DNA from: Camelus ferus
Taxonomy: Eukaryota
DNA length: 64,000 nt
Direction of reading: 5' to 3'
NCBI RefSeq assembly: GCF_009834535.1
Contig: NC_045707.1
Coordinates: 60,948,001-61,012,000, forward strand
Shown: positions 36,572-50,828 of the stretch, one piece after another
How the letters are laid out: each line of letters opens with the position of its first letter
Numbering within the stretch: the first letter of the stretch is position 1
Program-made: the position numbers and the translations under genes
Notes under the pieces: generated by a model
What the model was told of the DNA's origin: nothing
Seen by the model: the letters and a program-made list of their open reading frames with translations, nothing else
The model's database searches: none

Positions 36572-39500
36572 AGCAGGATGTATGTGGCCTTGAGGATAAC
36601 CTGCACTGTAATAGCCTAAACACAACTATTATTTACTTACAGCCTTATGTTTTTGTATTTTCTTGGTAGACTCAGATTTTTTTTAAGGGAAGGGAACGGA
36701 TATTTTAAAGACCAATTTGTTCTACTTAGCATTTTAACTAGTTTTTCTGCCAGATATATTGAATGCACAAATTCTCACGCATGCTCGTTCATTGCTACAT
36801 AGTTTGGTTCTTCTTGGAGTATTTTTATCCTGTAGCTATTAAATTCCAGCTATGAAAATGAACAGAACTGTGAAATGAAACTGAGTTTTTGTTTTGCTAA
36901 ATTTTTCTCTGAAGAACCAAAGTATTTTTTCAGCTGGTAGTTGAATGGGTTTAAGTTGGCTTGCACTAGCTGTGCCTTTCATTATAATACGGTGACTTAT
37001 ACCAAGACAATTCATCATTTAAAAAACAACTTGTCAAGACAAGTATATGGTTAAGAATTTCCAGTAAGACCATACCTGATAACTTAGATTGTTACTGGAT
37101 TTTTGTATTGTAGGTGACATAGTTACTATAAAGAAACCTTATCAGCTCATAGGTGGTTATTGTTTACCACAGGGAGGTGAATAAAACCTAGTATTTTCAG
37201 ATATTAAGCCTCATTATTTTAACTGTACTTCAAAATTTAACCTCCATTAACAGCATCTTTTCTTTGTGGTAGGGTCTACCTTCTGCTTCCCTGGAAAGGA
37301 TGAATTTACATCATTTGACAAGCCTATTTCAAGTTTTTTGTTGTTTGTGTGTTTGCTTGTTTTTGTTTTTGCAGCCTAAAATAAAAATGTCAAATATAAT
37401 TTTAGTTCTCACAAGATAATGTCTTAATTTTGTACTAATGCAGGTAGAAGCAGAGGCTTAGCTTTGAAGTAAGTGATGTACCTCGTTTACCTTTTTATTG
37501 AAGGAAAAGGGTGTCAGCTTTGGAAGAGGTACTTCATCTACTAATAAGAACGTGTGAAAAAAAGACAATTCATAAGTGATTTAATGTTTTTAATAGAAAG
37601 ATTAAAGGATTACATTTCATTTCTTTTGGTTAGAACTAGGGAGAAGGTTCAGAGCCGCTCCAGTTAATTCCAATTCTTACCGCGTAGAGTCTGAGCATGT
37701 CATTTACCCACGCCTTTCGTTTTACTGTATATTAAAATGGGTAGTACTGTTACTTAACTACCTCACAAATGTGTTAAGGCATATTAAGTTAAATTTTATG
37801 AAATGTTTCTTAGTCTCATTAAAAGCTCAAAAATTTGGACCTGTTTGTACCACAAGTATAGGATATTCATCATTTTATTTATACCGAGTTTTGGTAATTA
37901 AACTGGAAAGCAAAGGCTAAGTACCTTTATTCTGGATCTGATCAGGCAACCCTTGCAGATCTTTGTGTGGCTCCTGTTTCAGTAAAAGTGCATGGGTGAG
38001 CAACTGTTTCAATGAGATTTTTTTTCCAGCCATTTTAATTATGACCACATTGTAGTGTACTGCAGACATCATGGGTCTAAAGTAGTATAAGACCATTTTT
38101 AGAGGGAAAAATACCATTAAGTTAGAGACTACAGGGCCACATTTAAAATACCTCAGGCTAATTACTGTTACTTTTGGGGATGAACTTAAAAGAAGCTTTT
38201 GACAGTGAGGGTGGACTAATTGGGTTGTAATTACAGGGAGACCTAGAGTTCCTGCTCTTAATAAAAATACATTGGGTTCACTTTTTAATGGTGATAGAGC
38301 TTCTGTTTTAAAAATTTAGTATCAGGGTCTCAGAATATAAACACATTTTGTTATTTGTGTAGTATTGTCCATTCTGTCCATTCCTTTTCTGAGATTTTAA
38401 TTAACTACTGGAAATCCTTAACCAGTTGCAATAGTTCGTAAGGAAAAAATGCCATGAAAACACTTTGTTTTTCCTTTTTATTTTCGTAATGATTTTGGTT
38501 GTTTGGATAAGTCATTCTGTGCTGATTTTTTTTTTTTCTTATACCTACCTATAGCTCATCTGAACACAGCTTTTTCTGAACTTAAAAAATTTTAAAGATA
38601 GAATCCCATTTTTAATGAACTTAAAGAAGTAACAAAATCACTACTTTTTTTTTTCATTCCTTTAGAAAATAGCTATTGCCAAAGTGAAGAGGTAGATATT
38701 ATTTTGTCTTGTTACATAAGGTGGGATGTGGTTTGCAGCGGAATTGTTTTCTTAATAAAGTTGGAGTTTCAAGGGATATCAGTGTTCGCTTATGCCATCT
38801 CTCCAGTTCCAAAGTGGTTCTACTCCATTCTAGAAATTGGAAATATGTAATTTGAAATCCTTAATAAAATTTGCATTTAATTTTATAAAATGTACTGGTG
38901 ATATTTTGGGTGTTATTTTAAAAAGAATACGAGTTTATTCTTTTTTTTGGAAGAGTGGAGAGTAGAGATGTTTTGAGTAGGCTATTCTGTGCTTAGGCCA
39001 CGATGGCCTATAAATTTGTGTAATTTTAAGAGCAGCTTTCCAAGCCCTGTTTAAATGGAGTTTCTTATTGGAAGACTAGAAAGGAAGGAATTCCAGTTTT
39101 ACAGATTATCCTGAGTTAACTACAGGTGTTTTAGAGACCCTTCGATTTGTCTTTATGTTTTCAGTTTGTAGTTTTATCTAGTCTAGGGAGTGACTGACCA
39201 AGTTCTTTTTTTTCTCTGGAAAGGGTAAAATCCCATGTGATCACCTATAAAGTAGAACTTTTTCTACCTTTTTATGGTTATTCAAATATGGTAATAAGTA
39301 AGCAGGTAACAGCAGTTTGTAAATTGATTGGGTTTAGTTTACCACGGATCTCTGAAAGTTATTTTATCTAGTTCACTGAAGCAGTTATTAGTATTAATGT
39401 GATATAAAAATGCCTTGATTGTGTGGAATTGGCTTACAGAATAGTACTTAAGAAAAAAATGGGATTCTACCTCTGTTTCCTTTTAAACTCATTTAATAAC

Positions 39501-39745
39501 AACGCATAAACCTTAAAAGGAGACATTAGCTTTGACAGAAATATTTTAATTATTCTGTGAACCGGTTAATTCTGTGAAAGGTTAATGGTATTAACTGGTG
39601 TATGACAAGGCCCTTAAGATAACTGACTTAACTGTTTATAATACTGTTGCTTGTAAGACAGTATGAATTTGTGGGTTATCTGAGTTGTAGGCCATTCCCA
39701 TTATTGCAAATATAAATAAAACTTTGAATTATTTGTGAAAAACCT
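36572..39745 (+). other. NAP1L1: NAP1L1 3'UTR with tandem poly(A) signals (distal end uncertain)
   Basis: AT-rich with no obvious repeats; AATAAA at 37180, 37380, 38260, 38754, 38863 and 39715; ATTAAA at 37601, 37731 and 37818. Confidence 0.6.
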
Positions 39746-42700
39746 CATCATACCATGCAGAAATATTAAACTATTTAATATTCAAATATTCTTTGAATGC
39801 TTGGTTTTAGGGCTTGGTTTAGAATGAGTCCATTTTTATGGGTTAGTCTTATAAAAATTTTAGCCTTTATATTTTTGACTGTTTAAATCAAGTTGAATGT
39901 TATTTTAAATGTATAGAATTAATGGATAGTTCAGAAGAAGCATATGTTCTTTATTGGAACCTTAGGAAGGAGAAATCATATGCTAATGTAGTTTTTAATC
40001 TTCTGCACTGTATATATACTTGGTAATTGTTAACTGGATTTTATTTTGAAAATATGTGTTTAAATCTAGGTAATTTGCTACTTAAAGCACTAAGTCTAAT
40101 AGCTGAAAAATAAATGTAAATGATACTAGTGAAATTAACTGAGATTAACTTATAGATATATAGTGATGATTTTGTATACTGGCTTAAAAATCCAGATATT
40201 AAAAAGTATAACTTCAATAAAAAGCCAAGTTCTTGGACTGATTAAGGATCATTTAACTGACTTCAGAGAAATGGGAATGTCTTTGTTGGAGTGTGGAATT
40301 ACTTTATTAAGGATAAATGTTTATCCATGAGAAAACTTAATTGATGTATTCAGTTAACATTTTCAAAAAGTACAATATACTCTGTATCTTGTGTTTCTTC
40401 TATTTGACATACTGTACTTTTAGGTTTTTCAGTTTAAAAAAATCATGGTATCGATTAATTTTCTGAAGTATAAAGTAAATGAGAAATGCAGCATCACAAT
40501 TTAGAAATAATAAATTGCTAGCAGGAAATAAGTTGTTAATCCAATCGTTTAATTTTCATATTAGAAATTGAGAGTTTGTAGCTTTTGTGGATGGCTGAAT
40601 TATTTTGAGTTTTACTTTGAAACTCAGGATAAAATGTTACTTAAAAGCAGTACTTTTTAGTTCTCCATATATTTAAACTTAAAAGACAAGAAGGAACTAG
40701 GGATAAGTGATGATAAATGCAAGTGCCAGAAGTTGACAAATCTCGTATCAAGAGTTAATGGTGTCAGTATTCATAATTTTTTTCGTTTACAATGAAGTTA
40801 GGCAGTTGTGGCTCTGATAGACTCTCATGGAGTGGTAAAAGTTTTGGCCAGAATAGTCATAACATGTATGGGAGCCGTAGGCCGGGGATTTCAAGGAAGA
40901 GTAGGAATTTTTGTAGAGAGGGATGGAGCGTCTGAGCAGAGAGCAGTTCAGGTAAAGGTAAGGTACTAGAGGAAACACCCCTCAAAGTTCCTAAAGTAGG
41001 ACAATCCAGGGCACATTCAAGGCAGTGAAAGAACAGAAGGAGACACAAGGGGCCAAGCCGCGGAGGCTTAGCTGTAGAGTTCCTATCAAAGGGGTTAAAG
41101 CACTGAAAAACAGCTGTGTAGAGTGTTTCAAGTGACGATGGCCTTTCTATGAAGATAATTTTAAAGAAAGACACGATAGACCAAAGCCAGCCATTCGTAG
41201 GTCAAACATTTGGGGCTGGTTAGAGGCTAGGTCTAAAGTAGGGTAGCCCGACACAGTAAGCGGTGAATTAAAAAAAAAAAAGGATTCATTGCTACCTTTA
41301 ATGAAACTTCTTAAAGTCATATTCCAGGGCTTTTTTTTTTTTTGGAGAGGGGGGATCTTTAATCGATACTTCAACTTTAAATAACTAAAAATAGTTTAAA
41401 AAGGAATAGCTGTATATTTACTTAAATAACCATTTGATTTTGCTACATAATTCTATGCTCACGCATATGTTCTTTTTCTAAACTAACTGACAAAATGGAA
41501 GACGTGCCTTTTTACCCTCTAAATGCTGTGTTTTCTAAGCGTGAAGACATTTCTTACAGAATGACAGTACACTTAATCAAAATCAGGAAATTTTTCTATT
41601 CAGTCAGTTCATTCTGATCCTTAAATCATCACAGAATTATCAATGGTATCCTTTTAAAGCTGGCTTCTATGCTTTTTATGTGTCCTGCATCATTTGAGCA
41701 CTTGCATACGTTATGAATCAAAAGGTTTTCTGGGCTCATCTTAGGCTTTTTTTGTCCCATTCCTGAAACTGGCTATTTTCTCCAAGCATCCCTGGTTTCC
41801 TTTAATGGGAGTGGTCCTTAGAAGCCAAGTCTAGGTGATAAATGAGCTTGTTCCTGGGATGTTCTTGTTTCTAGGACTTTTCAGGTGACAGACTTAGGAA
41901 ATGAATTAAAAACTGAATACACATTGAATGCTTCAAATTTAATCCAGCATGAGAGGATTTTTTGCTAGCCTCACCCCAGTGCATGTTTATAACTCTTTAA
42001 ACAGGTGGGATTGTAGTAGCTGATCCAAATGGGACTTGTAGGTGAGGTTGCTCTATAGGAATAAGAAACCATGATTAAAAATGGAAAATATTTTAGACTA
42101 AAAACCTTGTAGCCCTAAACAAAATGACCTTACCTATCACTTTTAATGAATATGGGAATAAAGTGTTGATAATGGTTAAAAGTACGCTTTGGAGTTCATC
42201 TACCGCTTGTTCATTCAGCCTCAAGTTTTTGATGGCTTGTGATAAACTGTGGTGAACACTAATGAAGAGGACACCAGTAGTTCCTGGAATAGTTAGAGCG
42301 TACTTAGAACCTGATGCATAATGAGTGTTCAGTACATGTGCTTCCTAAACGTAAGAAAACCTGGAGTTTGTGGTTGGACTCACCTTTTAAATTGACTTTG
42401 GCAGTTAATTTCAGAATTAGTTGGGACTTTGCATTGTGTTTTTGTTGTTGGTTTAAAAGGCAAAATGGCTCGTGGCTAAAAGATGCCCCCAGGTTGGTGG
42501 ACAAAAGACCCCTGAGAGTAAGACCTGATAATGAATATAGACTGTGCCCCCATTTTGAAGGATTCTGATCTTTATTGTAAAAAGATAGTAGAAGAAAATA
42601 TTTATTGACCTTACCTAAAGTCAGTTTAAAAAAAAATCTTACTCATTAAACAAACAAACAAACCCCAAAACGCTGATTTCTTTTGCTAAATCCAGAAACC

Positions 42701-43469
42701 ATTCAGGGTAAAACTGAGGTTTGACTGTATTTGGTTATCTCAGTTGTCATTACTCAGCCTATCCCTCTCCATCCCTAAACATTTATTTACCCATTTCTAT
42801 GGACTCTGTGGGTGGACAATGGGCCATGTATCAGTCTTGAGATCAGAAGCGATTTTAGACTTGAATTAGGCCAATTTCAACAAGAGGCTAGTTGTCTTTG
42901 CTTTTCAGTTGGCTTGCTGGGTGGACCTGCAGAGCAGCTTGGACATCAACACCCTAGCCTGTCTAACCTGCGTTTATACTGTTTCAACTCTGCTTGGCTA
43001 CCTTTTCTTTCACTTCCTTCCTGTTGGGATCTTTTGTGCACTTACTAGTTCAACATAGAATCTTTTTCATTGAGTTAACGCTTGCTTTTTTGGTTCTTCA
43101 GTTCTGAACTGGTTTTGCCAGTTCAAGAAGTATTCCAGGAGTGCGTGTCCACTATTGGATTTCCTAATTTCCAGTGCTCAGCCAGGATTATTGTAGGTGT
43201 ACAGCAAATTTTTGTACAACAAATGTGTAGATCAATTAGGGTTTATCTGGACTCCTTCCAGTTTACCAGCCATAATAGCGTATAGGGCCATGTAAGTGAT
43301 TGATTCTCAATAGTCCAGTCTCATTAATGTCAGCCAAGGTGCTCCAAGATCCTTTGTAGTTGTCACATTTCTATATACTGGGGTGTTTATATTGAGAAAA
43401 CCAATAAAACAATAAAGCTAGGGTGTTTATATTCTGTAAACTCAGTGGGACTATGAGAACGTGGAGAGT

Positions 43470-43870
43470 TGTATCAGTGGTTGGTGCAGTTACCTAGTAC
43501 TGCGTAACAAAACCACTCCCTAAACTTAAAACTGACAAGATTTATTTTGCTGACTGCTTGGGCAGTTCATTTCTGCTCTACTGGGCATCATTAGGGGCAG
43601 CCCTGAAGGATTAGGGACTAGAATCATCTGAAGGTTCTTCATGCACAAGTGGTCTATGTGGATGAGACCAGCTGGGATGTGGCCAGAACTCTACCTAGAC
43701 TTTGCTTCACAGCATGGTGGCTGGGTTCCAAGTGTTAGGCAGAAATTTTATCCTTTTTATGACCTATCTCTACTGGCTAGAGTCAACCCATCCAGATTTA
43801 ATGGAAGAGGGCTCTATATATCTTGCCAAAGGAATGATAAGATTTGGGGTAAGTGAGGAACTATTGTTGG
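43470..43870 (-). mobile_element. Old MaLR LTR (MLT1F/G/H-like)
   Basis: tgcgtaacaaaaccactccctaaactta...agcatggtggctgggttccaag...cccatccagattta motifs. Confidence 0.55.
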
Positions 43871-46800
43871 AAAAGGACAGTTGGCTACAACAGTTTCCCA
43901 AAATGTACTGAAACATCAAGGAAGCTTAAATTATATATTGTTTATGGAAAAGGAATGTTTTACTTTATCATACTGGAATCTTTTATTATTTGAATTTATC
44001 TGGACAATTGAGGTTACCAAATGTACACATTCTGAACCATAAAAATGTCAAGCTTGATTAATAAAGGAAACATGGTAAGTATAAGATGACCATTCAGTAC
44101 TTATTTCTTTTCAAAGACAGTGTATAATAATACAGTTAGGGGTTCAGAGAAAAGCCTCATTGCTGTACTGTTTGTATTATAAACTAGGTAGGTCTTTGCT
44201 CTTTTGCATTATAAATCTAAATCGGCATTTTTAAAAAACCAAATGAATATTTAACCATCTAAGATAATAGAAATAATGCTTTATTTAATCTTCATACTTG
44301 TTTGAGGATGATAATTATTCCTTCTCTATATGTAAGGATAGAAGTTAATAAGGCCACACAGCGTATGTCCACTTTTTTGGCCTCTGCCTGTGCTCCCACC
44401 TGCTCTGAGAGCTTCGTCCTCTGTTTTGCTGTCCTTGGCATTTTAGAGTTTTTGTCTGAAATGGCTGCAGCCACTCTTACCCATCTTATCCAGGTTTTAG
44501 GCAGCAGGTGGGGCTCAAGGAGTTAGAAGACTCCCGGCATCCAGCCATCTTTAGAGAAGAGCCTGTGATTTATGCTTCCTGCATCAAAGGGAGGCTGGAA
44601 AATGTAGATGTGCATATCTGGAGCTGAAGCTGAGTTTGTTAGGAGTTAGGAGAACGGCGGTTGGGATGACAGCAACAGTGCCGTGTGTGCTGAACAGCTT
44701 TGGGTTTAGAAAAGGATCGAGGATGTACTGGGACACATGAGGCAAATAACTGCATTTCAGAAATAAGTGAACCAGTTCCATAAAGGTAATTTAGGGATAC
44801 AGCCCTGAGGATGAGTAATGCCTGGAGTCTTTCTTATCCATCATCCAGGGCTCATTGTTTCATTTTACATGATATCTTGCCCAGAACCCCTGCATACACA
44901 AGTGAGGTTGAGACAGTGTCTGCAGCAAAATTATAAGTGGACTTTTATTGGAAACAAGAACTGTTAGTTCTAGTTTCTGACCTGTTAAAGGATGCTCGTT
45001 GTTAAATAGTTTGTGATAATGGATTGTGTGGTGATTTTGTTGATTCCGTGGGATTTACTTTTCCTGATAGGCTTAGTGGCAAGGTAGAAGCTTGCCATAA
45101 AAAGATTTCCTGGGTTCTGCCTTTGGTAAAAAGTGTTCCTCCATCTTTCTGGGCCTGCCTACCTCACAGAACTCTTTTATTCCACCTTTTTTTTTTTTTT
45201 TTTTTTTTTTCGCTCTTGGGTTCTCTCTCAGTGACCCTGTCACCTATGACACCCTTTGCAGTCCTTCGTCTACAGATCTGAGTTCCTCTTCTAAACTAAC
45301 CTTGCACCCAAGCAAGTTTACCACACTTTGTTTTCCTTCATCCTTGAATTTTCGGAAAGAATTACCTACACTCACTGCATCTACTTCTCCTGTAATGCCT
45401 AAAAAAGGCCTTTGCTCAATTTTTTTTAAAACAGGTATCAATTATGACCAAACTGAAGTCTTTTCTCAGACTGTGCCATGTTGTAATAGACTGCAAAAGA
45501 GGGTGTCATCCGTGTAATCTAGTCCTTTAAATGGAGGTATATGCCCACTGGCTATCCATCAGAGTTGCAAACAACAAGAGCATTTACCTAGTTTGAGTAG
45601 AAGTGGACTGGAGAGGATATTAGGTGCTCATGAGCTCTTAATGGAGGGCAGAGGCTTGGCTGCTAGTCAGCCAGGGCAGCCCTCAAAGTAAACTTGTGCT
45701 GCCACTGTCAGTCACCTAGCGCTTCTCTACTGCCACCCCTGAGGACCCAGAAGTCAAGAGTATCAATACAACATTGCCTGCACAAATGTAGTGTCTCATG
45801 TTCTGAATTTAGGACCAAAAGAAGAGCTGAACCCCTGCTCTATCTCATCCACCCTCTCGTATTTCCATTGTCATTTCAAAACTAATATTACCCTAGTATC
45901 TTTAATGCATCACCGGTTTCTCCTGAATTCACTTACTTGCTGAACACCTTCAGTAAATTTTAGCCTGCTTTCCCTGTTTTGACTGAGTATCTCCTGCCAG
46001 AACTAACCTTCGGTCTCCTTCAGTTCAAGTGCTGTCAGTTAGCACTTAATCAGCAGTCTCCACCTTGATCCACTGTGCTACTAGGTAACAATGACGAAGA
46101 CACTAAACTGAGATACTAACTACTGACCAGATTGGAAGTAATACAATATGTTTAGGAGGGAATTAACTCAGCCAGAAGGAAGCTGAGAGGTGGGATTTGA
46201 ATTGGACTTTGAGAAATGAAAGGTTACAGAGGATTTGGGAAAGCAAAGGCAGCGCAAGTAGGTAAAGTGATGAGCTCACTTAGGGTTGAGTGGAAGGAGA
46301 GTCTAAATTGTAAAAGCAAGTAGGGCTTTGCAGTTCTGTGGAGGGCTTTCCATGCCAGGGTAAGGAGTTGGGGTGTTCTCTTACATGTAATAGGAGGTAC
46401 TTTTTCTGTCTTACTTTGGGAGTAGAAGTGATAGCAATGCAGTGTGGTGGGTGGTATCCATTCAAGAGATTGGGCCGCGGGTAACAGAAATGAAAACCTA
46501 AATTAGGTTATTGGCAGGACAGAAGGGATAGAGGGCTAATTGGCAGCGCTGTGAAATGGGTTGTGATAACTTAAACACTTGAATAGAGCACTTTACTATT
46601 CTGAATTGCTCTAAGCTGTGCTGTACGGATTGACCACTAGGAGGCAAAGTTCATCAACATTTAAGGCGGAAAGGAAACTAGATGAGGAACACATCTGTGA
46701 AAACTGGATAGTTGTGTATTCAGTTGAATAGAGTTATTAACCTTTTCAGTTCAGCATTTTGGAACTTAGAATCTTAATAAAATATTTTTACTAAATAGTA

Positions 46801-47499
46801 TTTAATTTTTTAAAATTTAAGTTAAAAAAGTTTAAGTCTAAATTATAGGCTGAACGTGGACCTTTATGCACTGATGAGTGACCTGACATTTTCATGGACT
46901 ATTTGGCTTTTAACTATCTCTTGAAAGATATTAGAACTTTATCCAAATCTTTAATAATAATTCTTTCTACTGTATATTGCAATTTGGGAAGTTTATAGAT
47001 TAAAAGTCGTACAGTCTTGTAATCAAGTTGTAGATGAAAGTAAACACTTTATAACTTGAGTTCTGTTAAATGTCTTTAAGCCAGCATTGATGAATGGATA
47101 TCTAAGCAAGTGTTGACTAACTGACAACTAAGAGAAACTGCTACCAGTTCAGTTCCATTGCTGCATTTCTCATCTTTTTTATTTCTCTCACTAGCAACCA
47201 ATAGGATGGTATTTGAATACATCTCAATATTAAATTCCATGTCGTTCAGAAAGGGAAAGGTCTGTAGGACTTATTTTAGATAGCATTTACAGAATATAAT
47301 TGCATTTAAGATTCAGAGAGGCCTCAGAGTAGTTAATCCATTTTTTTAAACTGTAAGTATATATATTGGTATGGCACACTTCAGAAGGTTTTTCATAAAG
47401 TCTTGTTACAGCTTGGAGATTTTGAAAAGTAGGATGCATTATGAAAAACCTGTCAAGCACTTGGAGATGTTGATTTTCTTTTTATGACAGATACGGGCT

Positions 47500-48010
47500 T
47501 TTGAGTCAATTCAAAAATTCTACATTTGTTGAGCCCCTACCATGTGCCAAGAATTGTATTAGATGACTGGGACACAGCTGAACTGTGATCTTTGCCGTCT
47601 TGAAGAGCTTACATTCTGTGGGAATGGGAACAGAGGTAAGCAATAGGCATAGTAAGTTATTCAGCATGTTAGGCACTACATGCCATAGGAAAAATTAAGG
47701 GACATTGGGCGGTTGCAACTTTAAAGTGACTAGGAGAGGCCTCACTGGGATGATGTTTCAGGAAAGACTTGAGGAAAGTGGTTGGGATGACTTAAATGGG
47801 TTATAATAGAAACAACAAGGGTGGAAGCAGGGAGGCAAGTTAGGAAGCCACGGCAGTAATCCAGAGGGGAGATGATGACCTGGATCAGGGTTGCAGTGAA
47901 GGGAGCAGAGAGAAATGGACAGGATAGAGATGTAGTTTGAAGGTATAGCTGATGGGATTTCTTGACTCAATTTGTGGACTGGTTCTGAGAAGTGAGTATA
48001 AAGGATTATG
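47500..48010 (-). mobile_element. L2 LINE 3' fragment
   Basis: atttgttgagcccctaccatgtgcca...gagcttacattct...ggagaggcctcactg...ggcagtaatccag...gagatgatgacctggatcaggg. Confidence 0.7.
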
Positions 48011-49069
48011 GCATGGCAGGGATGCTTCTGAACAGTCGCAGTCCTGGGGCAAGAGTACTGTGGCGACACTAGGGGTTAAAAAGTTTTGTTAAATGAAAAT
48101 ACATCCAGTGCTACTGTCTTGACAAATAAACCTTCAGAAGTATTTGGAAGGCCAGGTTTGAATTTCAGGCCCTTCAAGGCCAGTGCCAGAACCTTTCTTG
48201 CAAGCAGGCCGATTCTCTGCCTGTGTCCCACCTTCCTTCTCTTCCCATCCCTGCCTCTGAATTGTATGGCGAGGGGCCTCCTGCATGTTTGTGTGGACAC
48301 CCAAGCCTGCATATTCAAAATCCATCCGCCTCCTTACACCCCACTGCACACAATGGTGAGATAATACACTTGGAAACAGCTGAGGCCATTTAGGCAGAGT
48401 ATTTGGAATCCTGAGTACCTGGCATCTAGTCTCAGATGAGTATGAATTCCAGATAGACATGTAATTTTGGCTCTTCTAAAGCTCAGCGCCTCTTTGGCTT
48501 GTTTGAAGGGCAGTGCTGCTCCAAGGTCTTTGGCCTGAGCAACTGTGGTTAGAGTTGCCATCAACTGAGAAGGGGACTGCAGATGGCAGAATGGGTCAGA
48601 GGGAGGAGATGTTTGGGAGTACATATATTTTTGTTCTCCATTAGACACCCAAATAGTACTGTAGAGGAAAGTGAAAAGGAAAATTTTCAATTTACAGTAA
48701 CAATGGTCTGGAGTGTATCAAAACTGAAGGCTATTTTTCACTGTAACCATTCTAACCAGCTAAAGCTCTTTGAAAAGCATGAACTTTAAGTGACTCCAGA
48801 CCCTTACTGAACCAGTTCCATCCAGGAATTTGTTTTAACCAATTGCATATAAGCCTATGGATTCTGGGATTCTGTCCTATCTGGCATGCTTTTTTTTTTT
48901 AAGCTAAAGCTCTATGAACCCTGCTAGAATTTCTATGATGGAAAATCCCCTCAGACTTTTCCCTCTAGTGGAATTACTCGGTGAATGTCTCCATCAGTAT
49001 GTGTTCCCTTGCCTGGCATGTTAGTATTATTATTTCTTTCCTTTGGTAGTCTTTGTTTTATTCCTTGGC

Positions 49070-49350
49070 AACAAGCAGTGGAATATAAATTTGGGAGTCT
49101 TGGGCATATAGATGTTATTGGAAATAAGATTGCATGAGATCAACAAGGGAGTGAGTGTAGATACAGAAGAGAACCAAGGACTGAGCTCTGGGCACCAAAA
49201 TATTTCAAGGTTGGGAAGAGGAGGAACCTGGAAAGGAGACAAGACAGTGACCAGGGAGGCCAGAGGAAAACTAAGTCATGTCCTTGAAGCCAGTGAAGAA
49301 TTGTATACAAGAGGAGAAAATGATCAACTCTGTCTGATGCTGCTGACGGA
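49070..49350 (-). mobile_element. L2 LINE fragment
   Basis: atataaatttgggagtc...gagatcaacaagggagtgagtgtaga...gaagccagtgaagaa. Confidence 0.65.
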
Positions 49351-50804
49351 CACGTGGATGCAGCCAGCCATTATTCACACTTTGAACTGGCCTTTTCAGA
49401 TTTGTTTACCAAAGCAATGACTTGTTAGGTAGCTTTCTAAACTTTAGTAATTTTGAAGTGCCATTTGTAGGTTTTCCTTATCTACAACTGAAATTGTGTT
49501 ATTGGGTGGGGGTTACTCATTTTCTGTGAATTTATCTTTTTAGAAAATGGCAATCTGACCATTTTTGTGGGTTAGCAGTGACTGGTGACATTAAAAGTGA
49601 AGTCACGAATCTACAAGATTCCTATACTACTGAGATTTCCAATAATCAATTGCACTGTGGTTGGAGAAGGCAAATTGGACACTTAACTTCTGAGCTACTC
49701 ACAAAGTCACTAAGTTGTGAAGTACCCAACTGGAAATTCTGAGTTTTAAAGTCTCTAGTTATAACAAAATCGGTGCTTTTGAAAATGTGCTGGTTGTTCA
49801 GACATTTTGAAGTAATTTAGACAGAATGCATCTTTGTATCCTGATAAACTGCGGAAGGTTAAGTAACACCAAACACTGAGATTCTCTTAAGAAAATGGCT
49901 TGGACTTCCAGAATACATTGTTATTTTTTCACCCAGTCAAGTTTGCATTGTATCATTTTTCCATATGAAATGTCTTTCCCAACTACACCTGCCCTCAGAG
50001 ACTCTGAATTACACATTTAAAGGAAGTATCCTTTCTTAATGAGCTGAAGAATGGCATTCTGTTAAAAAGATGAACAGCTGGTCATGCAGAAATTCTCTGG
50101 AATGCTCACTTGTCCTACAAAGGCAGGGAAAGAACTGAGATGTTAGTATAGTGAGTGTCATTGGTATATGGATTTTTTTTTTCTTTTTAGTTCTAGTAAT
50201 CTTACTAGAATCCTTATATACCTTTAATAATTAATTGCCTTTCTTCTTAAAAGACTGCTAATCTGTCAACAACGTGAAGGCGCTGAGAACACACTAGGTG
50301 CAATTCAGTGGGTCTCAGGATTGTGCTGGAATTGCCCCATTTGCTAAATCATGGTTCCTTAGATTAAGATTCAGGACCCTCTCGTGTTTATCCTTTGTTC
50401 TCGATTACCTTGGGATTAAGTTCAGACTTCTTAAGCATGACACACAAAGGATTTGACTCTTGCTGGGCCCCAAGCTCATCTCTCACTCCTCCCCTTTGAA
50501 TTCTTTGTTTCAACCACATGAAACTACAAATGAGCTAAGCACTCCCTTCTTCCTTCTTGAGCTCAAACAGCAGCCTTTCCTCCTATCTTGACCGACTCTG
50601 ACTTGTCCACCCCTGATTTCTTTCTTTGTGTGGTTCTTCGTATTTTCAGGGTCGGGACACAGTTGGGGTTCTCTGTTTACTTAATACATTTTCCCCCAAG
50701 AGGTTTGGTTTCAGTTTTTTTCTCTTTATTCTGCCTTGTTTACCGGAATTTCTACAGAAATTATTTAAATGTAGTAGGAGGGAGCTCAGTAGAGTAGAGC
50801 ATTA

Positions 50805-50828
50805 CCCCCCCCCCCCCCCCCCCCCCCC
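50805..50828. repeat. Poly(C)24 homopolymer
   Basis: Read directly from the sequence. Confidence 0.9.
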
